A stretch of 64,000 bases of DNA from Macrostomum lignano (GCA_002269645.1 NIVC01003091.1:55860-119859), one strand, 5' to 3'. Shown: positions 13,485 through 25,312, numbered from the stretch's first letter. Notes: generated by a model from the sequence alone, not told the origin. Program-made: numbers and translations.

Positions 13485-14927
13485 ATGACATCATACAAGG
13501 TAACTTACTCAATACTGCTCTTTTCTTATCCTATGTGTTAGATTAAAATGATGTACATTGTGTACTAATGAAACATTCTTTCTTTGTTTTCGATTGATTT
13601 ATTTAGCTTCGTAGAGAAGCGTCTACAACTACAACTACAAATGTTATATTTTGCTGAAATTCTCTTTAGGCTTAGGCAATATTAAAATAAGTTTTAACTT
13701 CATAATTTTATGTGTTTATGTTATGTGTGTTCGAACTTGAATCGAAGACATGGTCATAAAGGTATATGACCTAGCATTGTAACAAAACCATTAACTGCAA
13801 CTTTATACTTAGCATACAGATTTTACTGCTTTGCAGAATTTTTAGGTAGAAGTCACTGTATATCGGTACAATAGGCCTACTCAGCTCAGCTGTATTTACT
13901 TATACAAGTAGATGCAGTCCAATTGTGGGGTACCAAACTTGTTTTTACAAAATTCTTAAAAAATGGCATCGGCATTTGATTTTAAGACCTAAGTAAAAAT
14001 TAGCTTTTTACTCAAATTTGTTTAATGTTTGAAAAGCTCCAAAACGCTCTAAATAGTTTAAAAGTCTTAGCTTGTAGAGAAATATTCTATATAAACCATT
14101 TACTTTTTAAAATAAACTTAAATAGTTAATTTCAATGCAATTTTCTCATTTATAGGCTGCTGATTCCAAGCGTGAGGAGTTTCGCAAGTACTTGGAGAAG
14201 GCTGGCGTGTTGGATGCTTTGACTAAGGGTGAGATTAATTTTTTATTTTGCCAAATACTATGCTTAAAATTAGAGATTGATGTTTTTGCAAATCGATATT
14301 TTTATTTTTAAAGTACTGGTAGGCCTGTACGAAGAGCCGGAGAAGCCTAACAATGCGTTGGAATTTCTCAAGCTGCACCTGGGCACCGCTGGCCCTGATG
14401 CGCCAGACGTTGAAGCCATGAAGGTGGAGATCACCGAGCTAAGGACACGGAAAGAACAGCTGGAGGCTGAGAACCAAGAGCTTCGAGGGCGGGTGAGTAG
14501 CTTTCAGTACATCCGCTCCAATCTTCTTAAACTTCCCTTTGTAGATCGGCTTCCAATCAATCTTCTTTGAGTAGATCGGCTTCCAATCAATCTTCTCTTT
14601 GAGTAGATCGGCTTCCAATCAATCTTCTCTTTGAGTAGATCGGCTTCCAATCAATCTTCTCTTTGAGTAGATCGGCTTCCAATCAATCTTCTTTGAGTAG
14701 ATCAGCTTCCAATCAATATTCTTTAAGTAGATCGGCTTCCAATCAATCTTCTTTAAGCCGATCAGTCTCCAATAATCTTATTTCAATGAGAACAACCCTA
14801 TTTAATTCTCATTTTAAATAATTTTCTCTTCCCCTAGTAGAAGCAGCAGAAATTTATAGCTCTTGATATATATTTTATTCAGCTGCAGCAGTATGAAGCG
14901 GCCCCGGCAGAGGCGGCAGAGGAGTAA
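13485..14927 (+). CDS. MYCBP: c-Myc-binding protein (MYCBP/AMY-1) homolog, 103 aa; exons 13485-13499, 14156-14228, 14314-14492, 14883-14927
   Basis: Spliced product MTSYK|AADSKREEFRKYLEKAGVLDALTK|VLVGLYEEPEKPNNALEFLKLHLG...|LQQYEAAPAEAAEE* resembles MYCBP; all introns are GT-AG with consistent phases. Confidence 0.93.
14541..14763. repeat. 30-32-bp minisatellite (GTAGATCGGCTTCCAATCAATCTTCTCTTTGA) x~7 in MYCBP intron 3
   Basis: Head-to-tail copies are directly visible. Confidence 0.92.
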
Positions 14928-16333
14928 AACAAAACAAACCGGCACTTGAGTCTCCAAGCGGTGTAAGAAAGTATATCTATGAGAAGTAAACGAAGATAGC
15001 TTTCAGTTAAGCAGAGCTCACTTCTTCTAAACTTGCTGTTTGCTACGACTGCTCTTTGAAAGTTCATGTGATTCCGTATAAGTCTGCCTCCGCTTTGTTG
15101 TGATAACTGACCAGTTTTTTTCTTTTTTGTTTTAATGGTTTCAACTTTATATAGAATTTTCTTACTTGCTTTAAACCACACATTATAGGGAATTTAAAAT
15201 TGAAACTTATAAAAACTCCCCAACTTTATTACTGTCTTGTTTTATAATTGTCAGTTAAGTTGAGCCAATTGATTTCTGTTAATTGTATCTAGATATTTGT
15301 GGATCGCTATATTTTCTTCCAACGCTATTATTGCACAGTCCAAACTGTTTAGCGGTCACACGTCTTCTTGTTACTAACTGAAATTTAATTAATTTTAATT
15401 AACTCAAACTGTTAATCGTTTTTCTGGAGTTAAATACATAAAAATTTAGAGTCAAATCTTGTTCTTGTGGGCATACACATGTAAGCCGAAGTGAATTTAA
15501 AAATATTTTGTTTATTTTAAGTGATTTTATTTTTGTTACAAGTTTGGGTTCCTGGTGATGATAATTGACAGTACACGACTGTCGCGGGTGACAAATATAC
15601 GCTCGATCGTAAGTGTCAAGAGGTGACGAATGGGTAAAAGAGGTGTCAGTGCTTAAAGGTGGATAACAGGTGTGTAGACAGATCACCCCCTGACACTCTA
15701 TCCGTCACCAGCGGGTATTGGATGAATTGTGAGCGATGGAGTTCGCGCAAGAATGTCGCTCTGAACCGTGGGTTCGGGTTTTTCCAGCAGCTAAATAACA
15801 TGGGTGCATGGGAAGGACGAATCAGCGCATACTAGTAATTAGGCACATCCCCAGCTACACATGTTATACGACATACGATCGCAATACAGATTAAATAACT
15901 GCATGTACAAGTAACTACATGTATGCAACTTCCCTACGGGGTGGAGCCTCCCTCTGCTCCTCTAATGCCCGGACCCTGGCCATTCAGTGGGAGCTGCTAA
16001 TGCATGAGTAATGCCATGACCAAGATTTTTGAACTTTCTATTCTATCAAGTATACAAACTAGAAGCGAGAGTACATGTAATATGCAAAAAATTGTCTCTG
16101 GCAGAAAGTGTCAGCTACTTTGCTACACCCAATTCGCAAAGCTGCATTCTGTACCAAAATCATAGTCTATGGCTGCTCCCTCTCTCACGGGAGACGGTTT
16201 TGAAGAGTAAAGCTTGATTACTTGACCGCTCCTCAAGGATTCGGTTCGACCGAGCAGCGACCGTCCCTCCTTCAGCAGTTCTTCTAAGCACGCGGTGTTT
16301 CTAAACGGCTCACTATAATCCAACAAACACGCG

Positions 16334-17262
16334 ATGGCCAGCAAGATTTTCTCCACTGCTGCGGCTCTAGTTGACAAGAAGAGTGGCAAGAAGCAGCAGC
16401 AGCAAAACAAGAAGCCCGAACAACCGATGCCGCAGCCTCAGCCCCTGAAGCCTACCGAACCTACCGAGAGCCTCGACGTCAAGAAGACGGACATTGTCAA
16501 GCCAGTCGAAGACAATCCAGTCGGTCGACTTCAAGAACTCTGCCAGCACGACTGTGGCCGCTGCCCTCCTACACGTTCGAGTGTAGCAACGTCGACAATC
16601 CGAGCAAGCGCCAGTTCACCTGCACTGTGAAGCTTCAGGGTCACACCGACAGAGGCGTTGGACGCTCCAAGCAACTGGCTAAGCGAGCCTGCGCCCAGGC
16701 CATGCTGCAACAGTTGGCAGCCTGCACGGAAGCAAACTGCTGCCAGTCCGCCCTGGCTGAGATAAAAAAAAGCACCGCCGGAGACGGCAACAACAAGAAG
16801 AAGGCGGCGGCGGCTGCGTCAGCTCAGCAGAAGCCGGCAACTCCGCCGCCAAGTCCGCTGGACGAGGCCGCATTCCAAGAGTTGCGCTCGTCCAAGCGAC
16901 TTCAGTCGGCTGCTCGCGCTGGCGCCGAAGTCAATGGACTGTTCCGCGGAGTGAGAAACCGCAAGGCCGGCGCAACGCTGCCGCCTCTGGAGACGCCAAC
17001 AGCCGGTCCCAGCAGCGCCAGCGACCAGCTGATGGAGCTGAGCAAGCAGCACCGATTCGGGGTGCAGTTCCTTGACAACGGCTCCGACAACAGCAGCGGA
17101 CAATACCGAGCCGTTGTCAAACTATCCACTATGCCGACTATCGTTGCTGTTAGCAACGGAGCAAGCGTCGCCAACGCCAAAGAACAGGCTTGCCGAGCCG
17201 CCATAGAGTACCTGTGCTCGTTGACGCGAGAATCTACGGGACCCGCCGGCAAGAAAGCCTAG
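16334..17262 (+). CDS. TRBP/PACT/Loquacious-like dsRNA-binding protein, intronless, ~309 aa if the 1-nt deletion at ~16547-16549 is corrected
   Basis: NPVGRLQELCQ in one frame continues as RLWPLPSYTFEC...FTCTVKL...GVGRSKQLAKRACA in the -1 frame (canonical dsRBD). C-terminal DQLMELSKQHRF...YRAVVKLSTMPTIVAV...ACRAAIEYL resembles the type-B third dsRBD of TRBP/Loqs. Confidence 0.8.
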
Positions 17263-18724
17263 CTGTTGAACTCTTCACCCCCGCTGCCCAGCGCGCTCGA
17301 TTTGAAACTTAGCCAACTGACTGAGACTGATGCTTATAACCTTTTAATTTAATTTCTTTGATAATGAAAATAAAAACTGCTGCCTTGCCGCTTTAAAAAA
17401 CCAGCAGACATTTACAAATAAAAATTTCGGTTTAAACCAATAAAAATACTCAATCTCTGTCTTATGGCTCAGTTTTATTTCATTAACATTAGCTTTAACG
17501 TTAAACAGTTTGCTAATTTAACTGCTGTTTTGTGACTCTTTATTAATAAATCAAGCGCTTAGCATTCACTGATCCAACTAAAGGCCTGGTATGCAAAATT
17601 CATGCAAATTAACAAACAGTTAATGTTTGTACAGATGCCATCATGCATGAAATGGCAACCAAGACCGACCAAATACATCAGTAACAAGCAAGTCTAAAAA
17701 TAAATATGCATCATCAGTACGTGCACTCGTAGCGATGACGAGCCGTAAATAACGTATGGTCGTAAATCTAGGTAAAAACGTTCTTTACAACTGAGTCTAC
17801 AGGAGAGTACTAAAAAGTCATTAATATTGTACGTACCCTTCTGATGATTCCTAAGCGCTTGCATGTATTGTATCTACTGTATAACAGCAGTCTGACGCCG
17901 GCGGCGATGTGTCGCTGGAAAATACATGTACATGTAGGGGGTACTTTTACCAAAGACGACTAAAGTAACATATATACATTTAAATATAGGACACAAGACT
18001 CAACTTTCGTGGAAAGTAGTCCTTGACTTTTACGTGTACACTATAGCCAACGTGCACGCACACTCGTTTGTGTGCATCCCGAAAAACATTCCGACTTTAG
18101 CCAAGGTATGGCGTCGTTATCCATCGCCGTAATGTACGCTCGTACAAAAAATCCATTTTGATGAATACATGTATATATCTAATCGTTTAACAGTAGAAAC
18201 ACCATGGGGGTGTATTTCAAATGCACACATTTTCCCTTTGTCTGGATCTCCAAAACTATTCAACCAGTTGCCATGAAAATCCAGAACACGGGCTAAAATT
18301 TTCCGCTCTATTCGATGAAGCAACTTCAAAAAATCACGGAAAATCGGCATCGTCGAGATATTCAACGATTCTCCTCGGGGTGTCTGGTGGCAAAAACCAC
18401 CAACATTCGCAAAATTTTTCTGCTCACGAAATCTCATCATGAAACCACATCGGCTCAACAAACTATGCATATCAGTCGCAGGGACTTTTGCTCTCAGCAT
18501 TCCAGGCACCAGGATCCCCTTCATCACCGTCTGGAGCATCGGCGGCGACCGTCGGGACCTTCAACAAAAGCACCTGATCAGTATCTCAGAGACGGCTGCG
18601 TTCCCAAAACTGAAGTGGAAGAATCCTCTTCTGCATGCAGCATTCAGTCGGTAGACATAATCGGTGAATGAAATGGACGATGGCGACCCTCTAGGCTGAC
18701 CTGTAGACATACAGGCGAACTTCT

Positions 18725-19130
18725 GGACCTTCAACGGAGTGCCACCACGCGGCCCCGACGAGCTGACACCCCCAACATCGTGATTTTTCTATCAAGGCAC
18801 CAAACCAGACATGTCTGCATACTATACAATGGTCCTGTTCCATGTTCAGCTTTCAGCTCTGTCTGGACGACCTTCGGGACCTTCAACGGAGTGCCACCAC
18901 GCGGCCCTGACGAGCTGACACCCCAACATCGTGATTTTTCTATCAAGGCACCAAACCAAACATGTCTGCATATTATACAATGGTCCTGTTCCATGGTCAG
19001 CTTTCAGCTCTGTCTGGACGACCTTCGGGACCTTCAACGGAGTGCCACCACGCGGCCCTGACGAGCTGACACCCCCAACATTGTGATTTTTCTATCAAGG
19101 CACCAAACTATGCATGTCTGCATATTATGC
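18725..19130. repeat. ~152-bp tandem repeat (x~2.7) in the piggyBac left arm, with inverted copies at ~20330-20600
   Basis: GGACCTTCAACGGAGTGCCACCACGCGG recurs at 18725, 18877 and 19028; its reverse complement recurs at ~20410-20440 and ~20560-20590. Confidence 0.9.
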
Positions 19131-19299
19131 AATGCTTTTGCACTGTGTTAAATCGGAGAGTTACAGATTTAATTGGCGACCAAAAAATATAAAATATTTA
19201 ATGTCAAAAATGATATTACAAGCATGTCAAAAATGATATTTCAGAAAATTCAGAGCAGAAAGATCTGAACACCGACACATAGACACAAAAGCGGAGTTA

Positions 19300-20325
19300 A
19301 TTGTCACTATTTAATTTGGTGCACAACGTGCGCAGTAATGGTGACTCACTGTCCCTTCCATCGCAGTGTCTTCGGCAAATTCCTTCGTCACATATGCAGC
19401 ACTTCCTTGTTGTCGCACTCAAAGCTTCTCGTCCTTTGACTTTTGTCTCGCACATGTTGCACAGCGCTTTCAGCCGTCAACTGACACCACAGCCGCCGCT
19501 TCGCGTGCCTGTTCCTTCATTTGCTCGTCGTTGATTTGGCAACCTGCGAGCCGGAACATCAGCCGGTGATGATTGGACAGGTTCTGAAGAAGAGCGGCCG
19601 ATTGCGAGCGCTCCTCGATCAGAGATTGCAGAAGTTGCGCCGCTGCCTTGCGCTGGAACTCGTTGCGATAGTTCGGCGAGGCGCAGATCTCAGGGTGCGC
19701 CAGTGTCCAGATAGCAGCGGCATTCACAGCTGCTACGTTGAGTACGCCGCCGGAGAAGATTGCCTTCTCGCATGAGTCGGACTTTCGCTTGCAGTCGGAT
19801 GTGCGGAACATCCTGTTGCAGGTGTCCGTGCCACTCTTGGTAGCTCACCACGAGTGCGCACCACTGCTCCAAGAAACGTGAATCCCATTTCCTGTACCAG
19901 TGTCATCTGAATGGATCAGCCATGCGGCAAACAACTTGCTCACCACTCAACACCTCGGAGCCCTTGGCCAGCCGAGCATCGGATTCCTGTGATGCAAAAG
20001 CAGTGGACAGCAGTGTTTCTTTGCCAGTGCAGATTTCCGCATTGAACACATAGCGGATGTCCATGTCATCCTGAATCTCTGGATTCCCATGCAGCCGATG
20101 TCAGCAGGAACAGCTTGGCACCTTTGCGACCGGGCTTCTCCTTCAGAAAGACCGTGAAGTCACAATCCACACCCCAGTAAACAACCAGAGTTTCGTCGAC
20201 GCAGAGGTACGGCCCAGAAAGAAAAGGATGGCGCAGCTGACTGCCAAACGTTTCGGATGCCGTAGAGCTTGTCCGTTGTGGTAGTCCGCTGACGATGTTC
20301 GGCAGTTTCGAATTTAACATGGTGC
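19300..20325 (-). pseudogene. piggyBac transposase remnant (internally deleted and frameshifted)
   Basis: GPYLCVDETLV...KEKPGRKGAKLF (first catalytic D region), GFTFLGAVVRTRGELP, GVLNVAAVN and a C-terminal KRCATC cysteine motif. Confidence 0.85.
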
Positions 20326-21984
20326 AGGACCATTGTATAATACGCAGATATGCCTGGTTTGGTGCCTTAATAGAGAAATCACAATGTTGGAGGTGCCAGC
20401 TCGTCAGGGCCGCGTGGTGGCACTCCGTTGAAGGTCCCGAAGGTCATCTAGACAGAGCTGAATGCTAAACATGGAACAGAACCATTGTAAAATATGCAAA
20501 CATGCCTGGTTTGGTGCCTTGATAGAAAAATCACGATGTTGGTTGTGCCAGCTCGTCGGGGCCGCGTGGTGGCACTCCGTTGAAGGTCCCGAAGGTCGCC
20601 TGTATGTCTACAGGTCAGCCTAGAGGGTCGTCATTGTCCATTTCATTGACTGATTATGTCTACTGACTGAATGCTGCATGTAGAAGAGGATTCTTCCACT
20701 TCAGTTTTGGGAACGCAGCCGTCTCTGAGATACTGATCAGGTGCTTTTGTTGAAGGTCCCGACGGTCGCCGCCGATGCTCCAGACGGTGATGAAGGGGAC
20801 CCTGGTGCCTGGGATGCTGAGAGAAAAGGCCTCTACGACAGATGGACCCAGGTTATTGAGCCAATATGGATTCACCATAGAGGCTTATACAGTGTAGTGT
20901 TGGTTGTCCTTGCCACCAGTGTCTTCGACAAGAATCGTTGAATATCTCGACGATGCTGACGTCGCATGACTTTGAAAGTTAGTTAGTTCGTCGGAAAGGG
21001 CAAAATATTTTGATTCATATGGTGGACTTCTACGAAAATCGGTAATTCTGTTGGCGAGCTATCGTGAAATGAGTCGTGTGTATTTTTAATTCACCCCCGT
21101 GGTCTTTCCCCATGGGGAAAAATAGCCTGGTCTTTCTACTGTTAATGAAATATCCTATTACGCTCGTAACTTTCAAAGTCATCCGATATCGTTTGAGATG
21201 TCTATGAGCATATTAATTTCTGGACATCAGCTAAATGCTAGAATACCTCAAATAAACCAATTTAAAATACCCGACCAATAGAAGTTAATAATATGCCATT
21301 TTAGAGGCGGCATGACTTATATTTTACTGCTGGGAAGGTTTTCAGAAAAAAAGAGTATGCACAACATATTGAGAAGGACGCACTTTTTTCCAAATTTCAC
21401 GCTCGCACATGGGTTCCGAACTTGTTAGCCTACTAAAAGCAGCCTATGGGCATTTTTTTCCTTTTTATGTAATTTTCCTTGAATTCATACATGTACTACA
21501 TGTAGTAGGATCTTTGCAGCTATATGATTTTTCTATACTTGTAAACATAATAACATAGGCGCGGTTTTCGCTACTTTTGGGGTCATAAATAATTGCTTGT
21601 GAACTGGTCTGACAGCCACCTGTGCACCTCAGTGTTGAGGCTGGCGCCAGATGGTCTGAGAGGATGCGGGTGGTAGCTTTTTTCTTATCATTTTTGACAG
21701 GCCATCAGATTTATGAAGTCAGGGCCTATTGTTCGTGTTCACTCAAGCGTTTGACAGTTTTGACAGCTATGCGTTTTACCCCTAAAAGTACTTTGGGATC
21801 AGGGATTATCGATTTCTCTTCACCATCTTCACTTTCGATTTAATGAGATCTTTCTATGCATTTTTTTCATTAATTTTTGTATTTCCTACACGAAAGGTCA
21901 TAAATCATAATGTAGCGATTTTGAGTGATTTACGATGAAACCTGGCGTATTTTTATGGCCCCGAGGGAACTGATAGGATCTTTT

Positions 21985-22120
21985 GGTCACGTGAGTTTGG
22001 GTGGCAACAAGTTCAGCCAATCAGAAAATTCGACGTCAGTTATAACAAATCGGCTCAGCCAATCAGCATCGAGGTGTTCCATTATAACAAATTGAGGTCC
22101 AGTTGGCGGCTATATAAACC
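21985..22120 (+). promoter_or_regulatory. Pol II promoter-like cluster: E-box CACGTG, two AGCCAATCAG CCAAT boxes, CRE-like GACGTCA and TATA box CTATATAAA
   Basis: Motifs occur in canonical order and spacing; no clear gene follows. Confidence 0.45.
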
Positions 22121-22873
22121 AATGTTTTTGGACCGCTTGGTCTCAACTCGTCCTGACTTCGTCAACCTTTTTGGACTCCCGGACTCAGACCTCCAGAGTC
22201 ACGACCGTCGTCTCTTGATCCCAAGATTGCGACAACCCCCTCATCATCAAGGACGAATCCCCCGCCCGGTCAACGGCATCGATCGACGAGTTTAAGATCA
22301 TCAACCTGCTAGCTATCAGCAAAGACTGCAACAGCATCATCCCGGGCCTACAGCTTCGAAGCACTAAGCCGATTCGGTTACTGTGGATTGCCTGGTCTCC
22401 GGCTGTTGAGTTTCTGTTTGGTTGGGTGAGTAGCGATCTCTGAACATTCAGACCAACGTCTATAAGGAAACGATTATATAGTACCCTGCAGCTGCTAATT
22501 CTGTAGGAATTTACATGTTCTTCAAATTAAAAATTCAAATTAAAAATTTGAAGAACTAAAAATTAGTTTTACTGCGATGTGATTTATTTGGGAGTTCGGC
22601 AATCAACTGCCACAATTTGACCGCCACAATTTGACCGCACTGTCAATTTCACCGCTTCCCTATTTCACCTTGAATGGAAGGGCGACGAAGAATAAAATTA
22701 TCATTTCTTTTATTACATGTATTTACGCTTGAAAAAATTATGCAGCGCGTAGATTAGGTTGTTACGGATTAAAAAAACTGAATAAATTGGGTTAATTAAA
22801 GCATATAGCAGCTTAATGATTCAATAAGTAACCAAAAAATTATAAACGTGCTTTATTTTTAAATAGACAGATA

Positions 22874-23483
22874 CACTCAGCAACAGTCAAAACCGCCACC
22901 CTACCGAGAGAGGCGACTTCTCTCACCTCAACTGCAAGTGACGTAACTTGCGCCACGGCGTGGCTAAGCTGGGTGAGAGTGAATTCCAGGGTGAGAGTAC
23001 AAAAGGGACTGGGGTTGGGGGTGCAGCAGTACACGTGACAATGGTCAGGCATATGACAGACGCTGAACGATGGCGCGCTGTTGGCATGCTAGAAGCTGGT
23101 GCGTCCATCAGCGCAGTTGCTCGCCAATTTGGCCGATCACGTTCAACAATTCGAGCGCTGTTAACGAAGTCCCAAGATACTGGTAGTGTTCAGCACGCAG
23201 CCATAGGCAGCCAGCGCCATGATCTCCGCGGCTCAACAGCCAGGGCAAATCGACGTCTGCTGCGGATTGTCAGGCGAACTCCGACCGCGCCAGCCACCCT
23301 GCTCCGTCTAATGTGGGGTGAAAGAAGCAGATGGGGCATCCCCTGCATCCCCTGATTGCCCTCTCCTGCATTCAATCTCACCCAGCTTTAGCCACGCCGT
23401 GGCGCAAGTTACGTCACTTGCAGTTGAGGTGAGAGAGAAGTCGCCTCTCTCGTTAGGGTGGCGGTTTTGACTGTTGCTGAGTG
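22874..23483 (+). mobile_element. Tc1/mariner non-autonomous deletion derivative, 610 bp
   Basis: TA on both sides; ~120-bp TIRs starting CACTCAGCAACAGTCAAAACCGCC; internal HTH ORF. Confidence 0.9.
23041..23355 (+). CDS. Tc1 transposase N-terminal paired-like HTH only (104 aa); DDE domain absent
   Basis: MVRHMTDAERWRAVGMLEAGASISAVARQFGRSRSTIRALLTKSQDTGSV matches Tc1 N-termini; the ORF stops just before the right TIR. Confidence 0.7.
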   Translation: MVRHMTDAERWRAVGMLEAGASISAVARQFGRSRSTIRALLTKSQDTGSVQHAAIGSQRHDLRGSTARANRRLLRIVRRTPTAPATLLRLMWGERSRWGIPCIP

Positions 23484-24304
23484 TACATCGATAGCTATAA
23501 AAAGTACTTTTGAGAAAGAGTTGATTGATAATTAAATATTTACCTTCTCCCACTCTGGTCATTCAAAGAAAATAGCGTATTTTTGTAAGGGATGCTTAAT
23601 GCAAATGATAACAATTACGAGTAACCACGCCTCGTAGGATAGTTTTAGCTAGCTAGCTAATTCAATGATGCTTTACGATCGACATACATGCGCTTGTACG
23701 TGTGCGTACTGGATAGTCTACAATGTAAACGTGCTTATTTTAACTCGATTACGTAGCTAGTTTTATTATTTAAAAAGCTTTTAACTAATGTATTTAATCA
23801 TTACTTTTCTTATTCCGAAATTATTTTTGAGCATTTTACCTTTGGTGAGTTAAATCACTCGTTTATACCAATTTAAACAAAACAGCTACATTTCTACTAA
23901 AATTTTTACAACTTTCAAATTGGTCCTGATTACGATACTTACTTCAATAAAGAAAATTTTGTTTGCTAAAGCTAGCCATAATACGAGCGTACGTATACGA
24001 GCGTATAATCTCCGTTTAAAGTATTGTGTTGGTTTGTGACTGGTCTTGACTAGTCAATAACCAGTTTTAAACCCCCTCTGCCCTGCCTTGTTTTGCTTTG
24101 CGTACGTTCTCTCTCTCCCTCGGTCCGCGCTGTGTGGGGGTCGCTTGGCTCTGCGTGCGTGGGGTGGTGGCTTGGTGGGGTGGGTTTAAGCCTCTGCGCC
24201 GTCGCCCTTTTTAATGGCGTCTCGCCCAGTTGACTCTGCGTTTTTTGGCTGCCTGCGTGAGCTCAAAATTTTTCTAGCTCAAAAAAGTTTTTTCATCTGG
24301 CGCC

Positions 24305-25312
24305 ATGTCCGACCTCGACCGATTATCAGTAGCCCAACTGCGCGCAGCCCTAAGAGACAATGGCCTACCGGTTTCGGGAAACAAGCAAGAGCTTATTGAG
24401 CGGCTTCAAGCTGCTCCACCACAGCCAGGCGACGCCGAAGTTCCAGACGATGCAGAAGGAGATGAAGCAAATGCTGCGATAAATCAGCTGCTGAACGGCG
24501 AAGAATCGGAGAATATTGACACCGCCAACATCACCCAAGAGAGCCGACTTGACAGCGAAATTCAGCAAGCTCGGTCGCGGATCGAGCTGCTAGAACTGAA
24601 GAAGCGAGAGGCGCAACTCCGGCAGGAAATCAGTCTGCATGCCGCCGCCACAGCTGGAGAGGTCGACCCGATTTCGGCACTTTTTGGCTCGCTTTCAGCG
24701 GAGGCGCGGCCGGCTCGACGCCCTCTGCTCATCCCGAACTTCGTGGATGGTGGACTGGAGCAGATGGCTTGTCTGACGCATGATCGCGACCGGGGCGCGG
24801 CGAAGGGCGGTGCGCCCAGCCTTGACAGCATCAGCACAGGGAAATGGATCGCTGCTAACGCCAGAATAATGCAGCAGCTGCTTGAGTCCAACCAGCTCGT
24901 CTCCAAAGGAAGCGATGGAAGCATCGATGTGCGGCGCTTGAAGGCTTACCTCAATTTCAACATACATATCGGCGAGCTCATGGAAGCAGACTACGATTGG
25001 AATGTCGTCCTACGATACGATCAGGACATGCGTCTGTTACATCACGAGCGGCAACGAGACTGGGAAAGCCCAGACCTCAATCTCATAATAAAGCACATGA
25101 CCGCGCCTAAGAACCTGCGAAAGACGGGCAGCAAAAAGTCTTCCGGAAGAAGCCAAGCAACATCATGGGGCCAGACGATTTGCGGCCTCTTTAACAGCAA
25201 CCGGGGCTGCCAGAAGCAGCCTTGCAATTTCGCACATGTCTGCCGCATCTGTGAGGCTCCGCATCCGGCCAATCAGCACCAGCACAACAATGGCTCGGGT
25301 CCAAAAAACTGA
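24305..25312 (+). CDS. Intact gag-like ORF1 (335 aa): N-terminal SAP domain, coiled coil, C-terminal CCCH plus CxxC-x3-H zinc fingers
   Basis: LDRLSVAQLRAALRDNGLPVSGNKQELIERL (SAP) and CGLFNSNRGCQKQPCNFAHVCRICEAPH. Confidence 0.85.
   Translation: MSDLDRLSVAQLRAALRDNGLPVSGNKQELIERLQAAPPQPGDAEVPDDAEGDEANAAINQLLNGEESENIDTANITQESRLDSEIQQARSRIELLELKKREAQLRQEISLHAAATAGEVDPISALFGSLSAEARPARRPLLIPNFVDGGLEQMACLTHDRDRGAAKGGAPSLDSISTGKWIAANARIMQQLLESNQLVSKGSDGSIDVRRLKAYLNFNIHIGELMEADYDWNVVLRYDQDMRLLHHERQRDWESPDLNLIIKHMTAPKNLRKTGSKKSSGRSQATSWGQTICGLFNSNRGCQKQPCNFAHVCRICEAPHPANQHQHNNGSGPKN

Larger units (their letters stand above)
18191..21141 (-). mobile_element. piggyBac-family DNA transposon, 2951 bp, defective
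   Basis: TTAA on both sides (18187-18190, 21142-21145); TIR CAGTAGAAA(C/G)ACC; internal transposase remnant. Confidence 0.88.

Noticed and set aside
15470-15800. Possible solo LTR (TG...CA-like ends, AATAAA)
   Set aside because: No matching 4-6-bp TSD and no second copy in the window.
17585-17612. Tandem octamer-like ATGCAAA(A/T)T motifs suggesting an snRNA promoter
   Set aside because: No recognisable snRNA or spliced-leader sequence follows.
18117-19061. Several 60-140-aa ORFs in the piggyBac arms and in the 62.4-63.6 kb copy
   Set aside because: Frames differ between copies and match no domain; treated as non-coding repeat sequence.
14541-19130. 30-32-bp and 152-bp repeats as possible CRISPR arrays
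   Set aside because: Head-to-tail with no unique spacers, no cas genes, and a eukaryotic context.
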